NCBI GenBank assembly: GCA_040400895.1
Contig: JBBAPL010000003.1
Coordinates: 12,283 to 76,282 of the forward strand
DNA from: Aquabacterium sp.
Lineage (GTDB): Bacteria; Pseudomonadota; Gammaproteobacteria; Burkholderiales; Burkholderiaceae_C
Direction of reading: 5' to 3'
DNA: 64,000 bases
A program made the position numbers and the translations under genes. The stretch's first letter is position 1. Each line of letters starts with the position of its first letter. The notes below the pieces were generated by a model. The model saw only the letters and a program-made list of their open reading frames with translations, was not told the origin of the DNA and ran no database searches. Positions 48,138 to 58,792 of the stretch are shown here, in pieces.

Positions 48138-48679
48138 CACGCCAGCCCGTGCTGCTGGAACACCGCCGCCCAAGCCGCCAGCTTGCGCTCGAACGACCAG
48201 CTGGCGTTGGCCGGGCTGCTGGACGGCAACCGGTGCACCGGCAGTCCCAGTGCGCCGGTCACCCGCATCGCGCGGGCCGACTCACCGCCGTTGTGGGCGA
48301 TGGCCCGCAGCTTGGGCAAGCGCGCGGCCAGGCCGGGCAGATCATTGGGCATGGCGTCGCGGATGGCACTGTCCAGGCTGCCCTGGCGGCGGCAGCTGGC
48401 GTACACGTCCCACAGGCCCAGGCCACGGTCGACCAGGGCCTGCAGACGGTCGGCATAGGCCAGCGGCGCCAGATCAACCTGCCAGATGGCCGACAGCAGC
48501 GGCCAGAACTGGTTGCGCGGATGGCCGTAGTACTGCTGCGCCGCCAGCGAGGCTTCGCCCGGAAAGCTGCCCAACAGCAGCAGGCGGGTGTCGGGGCCGG
48601 CCACAGCCGCCAGGCCCTGCAGTGGCACGCCTGTCGGCGGATGCTGCGCCTCGCCAATTCCAAGCTGACAGGTGGTCAT
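48137..48679 (-). CDS. Uracil-DNA glycosylase superfamily, DNA-deoxyinosine (hypoxanthine) glycosylase type
   Basis: LLLLGSFPG..QYYGHPRNQFW, GLWDV, SLDSAI, PSSSPANA. Confidence 0.9.
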   Translation of the reverse strand: MTTCQLGIGEAQHPPTGVPLQGLAAVAGPDTRLLLLGSFPGEASLAAQQYYGHPRNQFWPLLSAIWQVDLAPLAYADRLQALVDRGLGLWDVYASCRRQGSLDSAIRDAMPNDLPGLAARLPKLRAIAHNGGESARAMRVTGALGLPVHRLPSSSPANASWSFERKLAAWAAVFQQHGLA

Positions 48680-48780
48680 GCGCATGCGTGGGCACTGCCC
48701 CAGTTGTGCGGGCACAGGGCCGATGCGATCATCTTTCGCCCCCGAGGGGGGGGGCGTACAACAAACTGGAGTGATTGCGC

Positions 48781-49593
48781 ATGAACGTCGAGACCATCGT
48801 CACTTTTCTGACCACGCAGGGCGCGGATTTCGGGCTGAAGATCCTGGGCGCGCTGGCAGCCTGGATTGTGGGCCGCTGGCTGATCGGCCTGGTGCTGCGT
48901 GGCGTGGGCGCGGCGCTGGAGCGCGGCAAGAAGGTCGACGCCACGCTGGCCAACTACCTGCGCTCGATCTTCAACGTGGTGTTGAACGTCGTGCTGGTGC
49001 TGGCCATCCTCGACATCTTCGGGGTCAAGACCACCAGCTTCGCCGCCCTGCTGGCCGGCGCCGGCCTGGCCATCGGCACGGCCTGGGGCGGCCTGCTCAC
49101 CCACTTTGCCGCCGGCGTGTTCATGCAGGTGCTGCGGCCGTTCAAGGTGGGCGATTTCGTGCAGGCCGGCGGGGTCACCGGCACGGTGCATGAAGTGGGC
49201 CTGTTCGGCACCACCATCATCACGCCCGACAACGTGATGACCATCGTCGGCAACAACAAGGTGTTCTCCGAAAGCATCCAGAACTACACCACCCTGCCCT
49301 TCCGCCGGGTGGACTGCGTGGCCAAGGTGGCCAACAGCGTCGACCCGCTGGACGCCATCGCCCGGCTCAAGGCGTCGATCGCCCAGATCCCCAACGTGGC
49401 CACCAGCCCGGCGCCCGATGTCGAGATCACCGGCTTCACGCCCGAAGGCCCGCTGCTGTGCGTGCGGCCCTACACCCATAACAACCACTACTGGCAGGTG
49501 TACTTCGACACCCACAAGGCCATCGTCGCCACCTTCGGCGCCGCCGGCTACCCGGTGCCCGAGACGCCGATCACGCCGCGCAGCCGGGAATAA
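48781..49593 (+). CDS. mscS: Small-conductance mechanosensitive channel (MscS family)
   Basis: 3 TM; AGAGLAIG.AW.G.L..FAAG, RPFKVGD, GTV.EVGLF.T, NKVF. Confidence 0.9.
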   Translation: MNVETIVTFLTTQGADFGLKILGALAAWIVGRWLIGLVLRGVGAALERGKKVDATLANYLRSIFNVVLNVVLVLAILDIFGVKTTSFAALLAGAGLAIGTAWGGLLTHFAAGVFMQVLRPFKVGDFVQAGGVTGTVHEVGLFGTTIITPDNVMTIVGNNKVFSESIQNYTTLPFRRVDCVAKVANSVDPLDAIARLKASIAQIPNVATSPAPDVEITGFTPEGPLLCVRPYTHNNHYWQVYFDTHKAIVATFGAAGYPVPETPITPRSRE

Positions 49594-50410
49594 CCGCCGC
49601 CAGCCGCGGCAGCGCCGCCAGTGCGTTGGCGGTGGTGGTGGCGGCAGTGGCGTCCAGGCTCCAGCCCCGCAGCGCGGCCAGCGTGGCGGCGATGCGCGGC
49701 AACTCGGCCGGCTCGTTGCGGCCAGTGGACTGGCCGGCTTCGCGCTGCGCGGCGGTGCGGTACAGCCAATGCGGCGGGATGTCGGGCGCGTCGGTCTCCA
49801 GCACCAGGCTGGTGCCGGGCAGGGTGCTGGCCAGTCGGCGGATCTGCAGTGCACGGTCGTACGTCATCGCCCCGCCGAAACCCAGCCGGAAGCCCATGCC
49901 GACGAACACCTCGGCCTGCGCCTGGCTGGCGTTGAATGCATGCGCGATGCCGCCCGGCACGGCAAAGCGTCGCAACCCTTTCAGCAGCCCGTCGGCCGAC
50001 CGCCGCACATGCAGGATGACCGGCAGGCCGGCATCCCGCGCCAGCTTCAGCTGCGCCTGGTAAAAGCGTTCGGCGCGGACCAGGTCCAGCCCGGGCACGA
50101 AGCCATCCAGCCCGATCTCGCCCACCGCCACCAGGCGCGGGTCGTCGCGGTGGCGGGTCAGGGTATCTGCCAGGATGTCCAGGTCGGCGTCGGCGCTGCG
50201 GTCGACATACAGCGGGTGGATGCCCAGCGCATAGGCCAGGCCATGCGCATGCGCCAGCTGGCGCACGGTGTCGAAGTTGGCCGCCATCACCGCCGGCAGC
50301 ACCTGCATGGCCACGCCGGCGGCGCGGGCGCGGGCCAGCACCGCCAGGCGGTCGGCGTCGAACTCCGGCGCGTCCAGGTGGCAGTGGGTGTCGATCCAGG
50401 TCGTTCGCAC
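49571..50410 (-). CDS. TatD-family DNase
   Basis: IDTHCHLD, LGIHP, VGEIGLD, LHVR, HAF, LETDAPD. Confidence 0.93.
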   Translation of the reverse strand: MRTTWIDTHCHLDAPEFDADRLAVLARARAAGVAMQVLPAVMAANFDTVRQLAHAHGLAYALGIHPLYVDRSADADLDILADTLTRHRDDPRLVAVGEIGLDGFVPGLDLVRAERFYQAQLKLARDAGLPVILHVRRSADGLLKGLRRFAVPGGIAHAFNASQAQAEVFVGMGFRLGFGGAMTYDRALQIRRLASTLPGTSLVLETDAPDIPPHWLYRTAAQREAGQSTGRNEPAELPRIAATLAALRGWSLDATAATTTANALAALPRLAAVIPGCAA

Positions 50411-50519
50411 CGCGCGATGATGCAGCAGAGCGCGGCCATCCCCGTGCGGCTGCAGGCGCCAGCGGGCCGTGATACCGTGGCAACGGGCAGCCCGCTGGCG
50501 GCTGCTGGAGCCGGTGACG

Positions 50520-51518
50520 ATGGCACGCCAATCGATCTACAGCCGATCCCCCGCCCGCGCCACCGGCCCTGCGCCGGCAACCGCTGCGCCACCGTCGGCC
50601 GCCGCCATCAGCCCGTCACCGGCGTCTGACAACGCCAAGCCGCTGCCCCGGCCCACACTGCGCCAGCGCCTGGCGCGACATGAACGCTGGTTGTGGGCCA
50701 CCGGGCTGGTGCTGGCCATGTTGGTGGCCGGCTGGCCGGCCTGGACCGCCAAGGTGCAGCGCCAACTGGGCTTCGACCAGATCGACGCGGCGCTGCGCGA
50801 ATCCATCGCCAAGGAACCGCTGCAGGCCGCCGGACTCGCCGCCTACCAGGCCATCCTGCCGTCGGTGGTGCGGGTGGTGGGCGAGCCGCCGTCCGCCGCC
50901 TCGGGGTCGGGCAGGAATGCCAGCAAGACCGGCAAAGCCGTGGTGCCAGCGCCGCAATCCGACGATGCCGACCCGCATGAAGGCCGCAGCGTGGGCACCG
51001 GCGTGGTCATCGTCGACAAGGGCCTGATCCTGACCAACTTGCATGTGGTCGAAGGCGCGGCCCGCATCACCGTCACCTTTGCCGACGGCAGCCAGAGCGA
51101 GGCCAAGGTGGTCAACCTGATGCGCGACAACGACCTGGCGGTGCTGCAGGCGCTCACCATTCCCGACGACCTGCATGCGGCCACCATGCGGTCGACCTCC
51201 GGCCTGGCACCCGGCGAGGCGGTGATGGCGGTCGGGTTTCCGTTCGGCATCGGGCCGTCGGCGTCGCAGGGCGTGGTGTCGGGGCTGAAGCGCGAGTTCC
51301 GCTCGCCCGAGGGCAAGCGCATCCTCAACAACCTGATCCAGTTCGACGCCGCCGCCAACCCCGGCAATTCCGGCGGGCCGCTGATCACCATGGACGGCCA
51401 TGTGGTGGGCATCGTCACCGCCATCATGAACCCCAACGACCAGCGCACCTTCATCGGCATCGGTTTTGCTGTGCCGATCGAGAACGCCGCCGCAGGTGCC
51501 GGACTGCCCCCCTTCTGA
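50520..51518 (+). CDS. Membrane-anchored trypsin-like (S1C) serine protease without PDZ domain
   Basis: One TM segment; triad TNLHVV / NDLAVL / NPGNSGGPL; ends directly after the protease domain (AAGAGLPPF). Confidence 0.9.
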   Translation: MARQSIYSRSPARATGPAPATAAPPSAAAISPSPASDNAKPLPRPTLRQRLARHERWLWATGLVLAMLVAGWPAWTAKVQRQLGFDQIDAALRESIAKEPLQAAGLAAYQAILPSVVRVVGEPPSAASGSGRNASKTGKAVVPAPQSDDADPHEGRSVGTGVVIVDKGLILTNLHVVEGAARITVTFADGSQSEAKVVNLMRDNDLAVLQALTIPDDLHAATMRSTSGLAPGEAVMAVGFPFGIGPSASQGVVSGLKREFRSPEGKRILNNLIQFDAAANPGNSGGPLITMDGHVVGIVTAIMNPNDQRTFIGIGFAVPIENAAAGAGLPPF

Positions 51519-51538
51519 CCCCCCATCACCGAACAACC

Positions 51539-52540
<1,002 letters not shown>

Positions 52541-52545
52541 CCACC

Positions 52546-53565
52546 TTGGCTACGACCGCCAACCACACGCCTGCAGGCAGCAGCGCTGCCGAGCCACTGC
52601 TGCACCGCCTGGAGTGGACGGTGCTGCGCCGGCTCGACGGCCTGCTGCAGGGCGACTACCGCACGCTGTGGCGCGGCGCCGGGCTCGACCTGGCCGACCT
52701 GCGCGAATACCAGCATGCCGACGACGTGCGCCACATCGACTGGAACGTCACCGCCCGCCTGCAGGTGCCGCATGTGCGCCAGTTCACCGAAGACCGCGAG
52801 CTGTCGGCCTGGTTTCTGCTGGACCTGTCGGGCAGCGTGGATTTCGGCTCGGCCGACCAGACCAAGCTGGGGCTGAGTGAAGGCTTCGTGGCCGCGCTGG
52901 CCCGGCTGCTCACCCGCCACGGCAACCGGGTCGGCGCCATCCTGTACCACCCGGGCGCGGCCGATGCCCGCCAGCGCCTGGCCGTCATCCCGCCCGGCCT
53001 GGGCCGCACCCAGGTGCTGCAGTTGCTGGCCCGCATGCGCCAGCCACCGCCGCAGGCGGCGCGCTCCAAGGCCGGCACCGCGGCCCCCACGCAGCTGGCC
53101 GACCTGCTGGGCCGGGCCGAGGGCATCGTGCGGCGCCGGTCGCTGCTGTTCGTCGTCAGTGATTTCATCAGCGACCCGGGCTGGGCCGCGCCGCTGGGCC
53201 GGCTGGCGCGCCGCCATGAGGTGCTGGCGGTGCGCTTGGTCGACCCGCTGGAGATGGCCCTGCCCGACATCGGCCTGCTGACGGTGGAAGACGCCGAGAC
53301 CGGCGAGCAGTTGCTGGTCGACACCCAGGACGCCGGCTTCCGGGCACGCTTCGAAACCCTGGCCGCACAGCATGAAGACACGCTGCGCGACCAACTGCAA
53401 AGCGCTGGTGTCGACGTGCTGGAACTGGCCACGGATGAGGACCTGCTGGCCGCGCTGCTGCGCTACGTGGCGCTGCGCCGCCAGCGCGGCCGGGCGGTCA
53501 GCGGCCACCGCATGCCGGCCGCCCTGCGCACGCCCGCCGCACCTGCCGCTGCGGCTGCCGCCTGA
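52546..53565 (+). CDS. DUF58 domain protein
   Basis: G..F/LADLREY..DDVRHIDWNVTAR..VRQFTEDRE, LDLSGS, VSDF. TTG start inferred. Confidence 0.9.
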   Translation: MATTANHTPAGSSAAEPLLHRLEWTVLRRLDGLLQGDYRTLWRGAGLDLADLREYQHADDVRHIDWNVTARLQVPHVRQFTEDRELSAWFLLDLSGSVDFGSADQTKLGLSEGFVAALARLLTRHGNRVGAILYHPGAADARQRLAVIPPGLGRTQVLQLLARMRQPPPQAARSKAGTAAPTQLADLLGRAEGIVRRRSLLFVVSDFISDPGWAAPLGRLARRHEVLAVRLVDPLEMALPDIGLLTVEDAETGEQLLVDTQDAGFRARFETLAAQHEDTLRDQLQSAGVDVLELATDEDLLAALLRYVALRRQRGRAVSGHRMPAALRTPAAPAAAAAA

Positions 53566-53581
53566 TTGAAGAGGAACCGCC

Positions 53582-54613
53582 ATGACCCTGCTCTGGCCCG
53601 ACTGGTTGTGGACCCTGCTGCTGCTGCCCCTGCTGGTGTTGCTGTACCTGCGCCTGCTGGCGCGGCGCAAGAAGAACAACGTGCGCCTGGCCAGCGTGGC
53701 CATCGTGCGCCAGGCGCTGGGCGCGGGCCCGGGCTGGCGCCGCCATGTGCCGCCGCTGCTGCTGCTGACTGCCGTCGCACTGCTGCTGTTTGCCACCGCA
53801 CGGCCAGTGGTCAAGCTGAAGCTGCCGGCGCGTGACCAGACGATCATCCTGGCGATGGACGTGTCGGGCAGCATGCGTGCCACCGACGTCAAGCCTAACC
53901 GCATGGTGGCCGCGCAGGAGGCGGCCAAGGCCTTCACCGCCGGGCTGCCGCGCAATGTGCGCATCGGCGTGGTGTCGTTTGCCGGCACGGCCGCGGTGGT
54001 GCAGGCGCCCACGCAGAGTCGCGAAGACGTGGTCGCCGCGATCGACCGCTTCCAGATGCAGCGTGCCACCGCCATCGGGTCGGGGCTGATCCTGTCGCTG
54101 GCCACGCTGTTCCCCGACGCGGGGATCGACCTGAGCCAGATCACCGGCGCGCGCGCCATGCCGGGGTCGCCGGAAGAGAAGAAGGCCAAGAAGCCCTTCG
54201 AGCCGGTGGAGCCTGGCAGCTACAGCTCGGCAGCGATCATCCTGCTGACCGACGGCCAGCGCACCACCGGGCCCGACCCGATGGAAGCCGCCAAGATGGC
54301 CGCCGAGCGCGGCGTCAAGGTCTACACCGTCGGCATCGGCACCAAGGCCGGCGAGACCATCGGCTTCGAAGGCTGGAGCATGCGCGTCAAGCTCGACGAA
54401 GAGACGCTCAAGGCCATCGCCAATGCCACCCGTGCCAACTACTTCTACGCTGGCACGGCCGAGGACCTGAAGCAGGTCTACCAGGGCCTGAGCAGCCGGT
54501 TGGTGGTGGAGACCAAGGAGACCGAGGTCAGCGCGCTGTTCGCCGCCGCCGGCGCCCTGCTGGTGGTGCTGGCAGCGGGCCTGAGCGTGTGGTGGTTCGG
54601 CCGGGTGCTGTAG
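53582..54613 (+). CDS. BatA-like membrane vWA-domain protein
   Basis: N-terminal WPDWLW TM region, MIDAS DVSGS..TAIG..LLTDG, VYTVGIG, C-terminal TM. Confidence 0.92.
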   Translation: MTLLWPDWLWTLLLLPLLVLLYLRLLARRKKNNVRLASVAIVRQALGAGPGWRRHVPPLLLLTAVALLLFATARPVVKLKLPARDQTIILAMDVSGSMRATDVKPNRMVAAQEAAKAFTAGLPRNVRIGVVSFAGTAAVVQAPTQSREDVVAAIDRFQMQRATAIGSGLILSLATLFPDAGIDLSQITGARAMPGSPEEKKAKKPFEPVEPGSYSSAAIILLTDGQRTTGPDPMEAAKMAAERGVKVYTVGIGTKAGETIGFEGWSMRVKLDEETLKAIANATRANYFYAGTAEDLKQVYQGLSSRLVVETKETEVSALFAAAGALLVVLAAGLSVWWFGRVL

Positions 54614-54708
54614 CAGCCGGCGCCCGACCGGGCCGCGCGGCTCTTGGCGTACAAACCCGCGCCTTCTCCCGACCACCGCCCACCCGCGCGTCCACCATCT
54701 CCCGACCC

Positions 54709-55113
54709 ATGCCCTACGACATCCACTGGGAAGGCAAGGACGGCGTGCGCCGTGCGTTCTCTGGCGACCTGACTGCGGCCGAAGTGCGGGCCTCCCTGGC
54801 CGGGTTGACCGGTGACGCCCGCTGGGACGACCTGCGCTACAGCATGGCCGACTTCCTGGCAGTGCGCAGCTACCGCATCTCGCAGGCCGAACTGGAAGAC
54901 CTGGCCGCCATCCACTATGGCGGGGCGAAGATCAACCATCGCATCGTCACCGCCGCGGTGACCGACAGCGACGAGGTGCGGGCCGTCTTCCAGCGGTTCA
55001 ATGCACTGCGCCTGTCACCGTTCCCGCTGCAGCTGTTCGACAACCTGGCTGCGGCACGGGCCTGGATTGCGGCGATGCGTGGCCGCACCCTGCCGTGGCC
55101 GGGCTCGGGCTGA
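54709..55113 (+). CDS. Small hypothetical protein, possibly STAS/SpoIIAA-like fold
   Basis: Beta-alpha pattern with C-terminal LQLFDNLAAARAW (F..xxxA..W) typical of SpoIIAA-like proteins. Confidence 0.55.
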   Translation: MPYDIHWEGKDGVRRAFSGDLTAAEVRASLAGLTGDARWDDLRYSMADFLAVRSYRISQAELEDLAAIHYGGAKINHRIVTAAVTDSDEVRAVFQRFNALRLSPFPLQLFDNLAAARAWIAAMRGRTLPWPGSG

Positions 55114-55117
55114 CACG

Positions 55118-56236
55118 TCAGGGCGGGGCTGTCCGCCTGCGCAGCCACCCCAGCGCCAGCAGGCCGGCCGCCAGCAGCACGGCCGGCGCCGGCTCCGGCA
55201 CCGGCGTCAGCAGGAACACATGCGCGAAGCTGTTGTCGCCCGACACCGAGCCCAGGCCGAGGATCTGGCCATGCTCGTTGATGTCCATCGCGTCGCCCAA
55301 CTGCCAGAACGGCGATCCGGCAGGCAGCAGGGTGTTCAGGTCGGTGACCGACCAGCCTGCAGCGCCCTGCGTCCACAGCAGGGCGCGGCGGTCGTAGGCG
55401 GCCACATAGGCGCCGCCCACCACCTGGCCACGCTCGTTCAGGCCGCGTGCCTCGCCACTGACGCCCCAGCCAGCCGCCGCTGCCGCCACCGGCAGCCAGG
55501 CCACATCAGGCCCCTGCCAGACGAAGGGCCGGTTGCAGCTGTAGCCGTTGCAGTTGTAGACACCGTAGCCAGCCACCTGGTGCAGGTCGTTCAGGGCCAG
55601 GCCCACCGGCTGGTAGCCGGGCAGCTCGGGAATGATGGTGGTGTGGCCCACGCCCGACGAGTAGCCGGTGCGGTAGCTGTTGTAGACCTGGCTCATCAGG
55701 CCCGCGCCGGCGTTGTTGATGGCCGCCGCGGCGCCACTGCCGATGGTCCAGCCCAGGTCCACGCCCAGGCCGGTCAGCAGGTAGCCGCCGCTGCCGTTTG
55801 GTGACCAGCGGTGGGCGATGTCGCCGGTGTTGCCCACGATCTGGCCACTGTCGTTGAGGGCGGCCGCGGTGGACTGCAGGCTGCCGTTGTAATTCGGCAG
55901 CTCGGTCAGGCCACTGCGTGCACCCGCCTGCCAGGTGAAGGCGTGCGGCAGCCCTACCGAGGCGTCCACGCCCAGCACCAGGTTGCTGTTGTTGATGTCG
56001 GTCAGGCGCAGGTTGTTCAGGCTGCCGTCGGCGCTGCGCACCTGGGTGGTGGCGTAGCCGCCGGCCGTCGGTGACATCACCCGGTTGCCCACCACCACCC
56101 AGCCCTGGTCGTTGAGCGCCATCTCGCCCGTGCCGGTGGGGCCCAGGTCGGTGATCGTCCACCCGGCTGCCGCAGCCACACCGTGGGCCAGCAGGCCGGA
56201 CAGAACAAGCAGGCACCCCTTGGATGCAGTGGCCAT
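55118..56236 (-). CDS. PEP-CTERM protein with HAF-like/DUF3466-type beta repeats
   Basis: Signal peptide; repeats LNDQGWVV, INNSNLVLG, LNDSGQIVG, LNDLHQVAG, LNERGQVVG, INEHGQILG; C-terminus VPEPAPAVLLAAGLLALGWLRRR. Confidence 0.88.
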   Translation of the reverse strand: MATASKGCLLVLSGLLAHGVAAAAGWTITDLGPTGTGEMALNDQGWVVVGNRVMSPTAGGYATTQVRSADGSLNNLRLTDINNSNLVLGVDASVGLPHAFTWQAGARSGLTELPNYNGSLQSTAAALNDSGQIVGNTGDIAHRWSPNGSGGYLLTGLGVDLGWTIGSGAAAAINNAGAGLMSQVYNSYRTGYSSGVGHTTIIPELPGYQPVGLALNDLHQVAGYGVYNCNGYSCNRPFVWQGPDVAWLPVAAAAAGWGVSGEARGLNERGQVVGGAYVAAYDRRALLWTQGAAGWSVTDLNTLLPAGSPFWQLGDAMDINEHGQILGLGSVSGDNSFAHVFLLTPVPEPAPAVLLAAGLLALGWLRRRTAPP

Positions 56237-56326
56237 GGTGGGCTTTCGTCGTCGATGGGCATCCAGTCTAGGCAGCAGGTACCGGCGCGGCCTTGGGCTG
56301 CATCAAGGATGGCGCCGGCCTGGCGA

Positions 56327-57628
56327 TCAGGCGAACGAATCGGCCATCAGTGCGTTGAACCAGGTGTTCATCTGCTCGATGTGGTCGCCGTTCCAACCCA
56401 CCGACGCAGCCGATGACGCCACCGCCGGCTTCATCGTGCGGCTCACCGGGTCGTACTGGAACACGGCGGTCAGCCAGGAGGCCTGGGTGCGGGTGATGGT
56501 GGAGTAGCAGGCCGAGTTGGTGACAGGCGCCGGGTCGGGCTGGCCGCCGGCGAAGATGCGCGACAGCGCGTCGGCGCACACCTTGGCCTCCTGGTTGGCG
56601 ATGTGGCCGGCCTTGGGCTGGGTGGTGGCGGCCGCATCGCCGATCACATGCACCCGGGGCGCCGCCATGCTGGCGTAGCTGAGCACGTCCACCGGCACGA
56701 AGCGCCCGCCGTTGGCGGTGGCCAGGCCGCTGGCCAGGGCCAGGGCCCCGGCGCGCTGCTGCGGGATCAGGTTCACCACATGGGCCTGCACCGGGCCGCC
56801 GTTGGTGTAGACGATCATCTGGCGCGTGTCGACCGACGAGATCTCGACGTTGGTGCGGTACTCGATCACGTTGGCATGCAGGCCGAAGAACGCCTGCGAG
56901 AAGTTGTCGCGCTCGGTCACGAAGTCGGCATTGGCATCCAGCACGATGAGCTTGGCGCGCGGCTTGTAGGCCTTCATCCAGTCGGCCAGCAGGCAGGCGC
57001 GCTCATACGGCCCGGGCGGGCAGCGGTAGGGCACCTTGGGGATGGTGAGCACGGCCACGCCGTTGGCCGGCATGGCGGTCAGCTGCTGCGCCAGCAGGCT
57101 GGTCTGCGGGCCGGCCTGCCAGGCGTGCGGCATGCGGTTGGCATCGTCCAGGCCCGGCACGGCGTCGAAGCCGATGCCCGGCGCCATCACGATGCGGTCG
57201 GCCGACAACCAGGCGCCGGTGGCCAGGCGCACCCGCACGCCCACCGGGTCGATCTCGACCACATCGCCGGTGACCAGGCGCACGCCGTAGGCCGTCTGCA
57301 GCGTGCCGTAGCCGAAGCCCAGGCTGGCCATGCTGCGCTGCCCGGTCAGCACCATGCTGCTCATGATGTTGGAGGTGTAGCGGGCGCTGCGTTCGATCAG
57401 CGTCACCTCCACCGCGTCGCCCCACAGGCGCAGGTACTTGGCCACGGTGGTGCCAGCCATGCCACCCCCGACGACGATCACCCTTGCCTTGGGGCTGGCG
57501 GGGGACACGCTGACACCACTGCCGGCAGCGGGCCGCGCTGTCTTCTTTCGGCTGTCTGCCAGCGCCAGGCCGGCGGGCAGCACCAGGCCGCCCGCGGCGG
57601 CCGACATCATGAATTGGCGTCGTTGCAT
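56327..57628 (-). CDS. fccB: Flavocytochrome c sulfide dehydrogenase flavoprotein subunit (FccB/SoxF-like)
   Basis: Tat leader MQRRQF; VIVVGGGMAG, YRCPPGPYERAC, VIGDA, PKAGHIANQEAK, NSACYS. Confidence 0.85.
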   Translation of the reverse strand: MQRRQFMMSAAAGGLVLPAGLALADSRKKTARPAAGSGVSVSPASPKARVIVVGGGMAGTTVAKYLRLWGDAVEVTLIERSARYTSNIMSSMVLTGQRSMASLGFGYGTLQTAYGVRLVTGDVVEIDPVGVRVRLATGAWLSADRIVMAPGIGFDAVPGLDDANRMPHAWQAGPQTSLLAQQLTAMPANGVAVLTIPKVPYRCPPGPYERACLLADWMKAYKPRAKLIVLDANADFVTERDNFSQAFFGLHANVIEYRTNVEISSVDTRQMIVYTNGGPVQAHVVNLIPQQRAGALALASGLATANGGRFVPVDVLSYASMAAPRVHVIGDAAATTQPKAGHIANQEAKVCADALSRIFAGGQPDPAPVTNSACYSTITRTQASWLTAVFQYDPVSRTMKPAVASSAASVGWNGDHIEQMNTWFNALMADSFA

Positions 57629-57639
57629 GGTGGGCTCCT

Positions 57640-57957
57640 TCAGCGTTGGGTGGACAGCCATTGCGCCAGCGACTGCAGTTGCGCGTCGGTGTAGCCCATC
57701 ACATGGCGGGCCATGATGTTGTCGCCCTCCTTGCCGGCCTGGAACTCCTTCATCTCCTTGTAGAGCTCGCTGGCCGACTTGCCGGCCAGCTTCTCGAAGC
57801 CCGGGCCCTTGCCGTTGGTGCCGTGGCACTGGAAGCAGTTGGACGCCAGCAGGCGGCCAGCTGGGCTGACGGCGGTCTGGGCATGTGCGGTGGCCAGGGC
57901 GGCCAGCAACGCGGTGCCGACCGCCAGATGGCGGGCGAGGGAACGGGGGAATTGCAT
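57640..57957 (-). CDS. Monoheme cytochrome c (FccA/SoxE-like subunit)
   Basis: Signal peptide; single CFQCH heme motif; IM..H..GY axial Met region; 12 bp upstream of fccB. Confidence 0.88.
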   Translation of the reverse strand: MQFPRSLARHLAVGTALLAALATAHAQTAVSPAGRLLASNCFQCHGTNGKGPGFEKLAGKSASELYKEMKEFQAGKEGDNIMARHVMGYTDAQLQSLAQWLSTQR

Positions 57958-58102
57958 GGCAGAGTCTCCAGGTCAAGCGCCAGCAGTTGGCGCATGCCCG
58001 GGTTGTAGGGGCTGGACCTGAACCGCAGGTGAAGCATTCACCAACGGTTACCACCCTGAATGGCCACCACGCACGCTGGCTGGCCGCTGCAGCGCAACCG
58101 GC

Positions 58103-58784
<682 letters not shown>

Positions 58785-58792
<8 letters not shown>

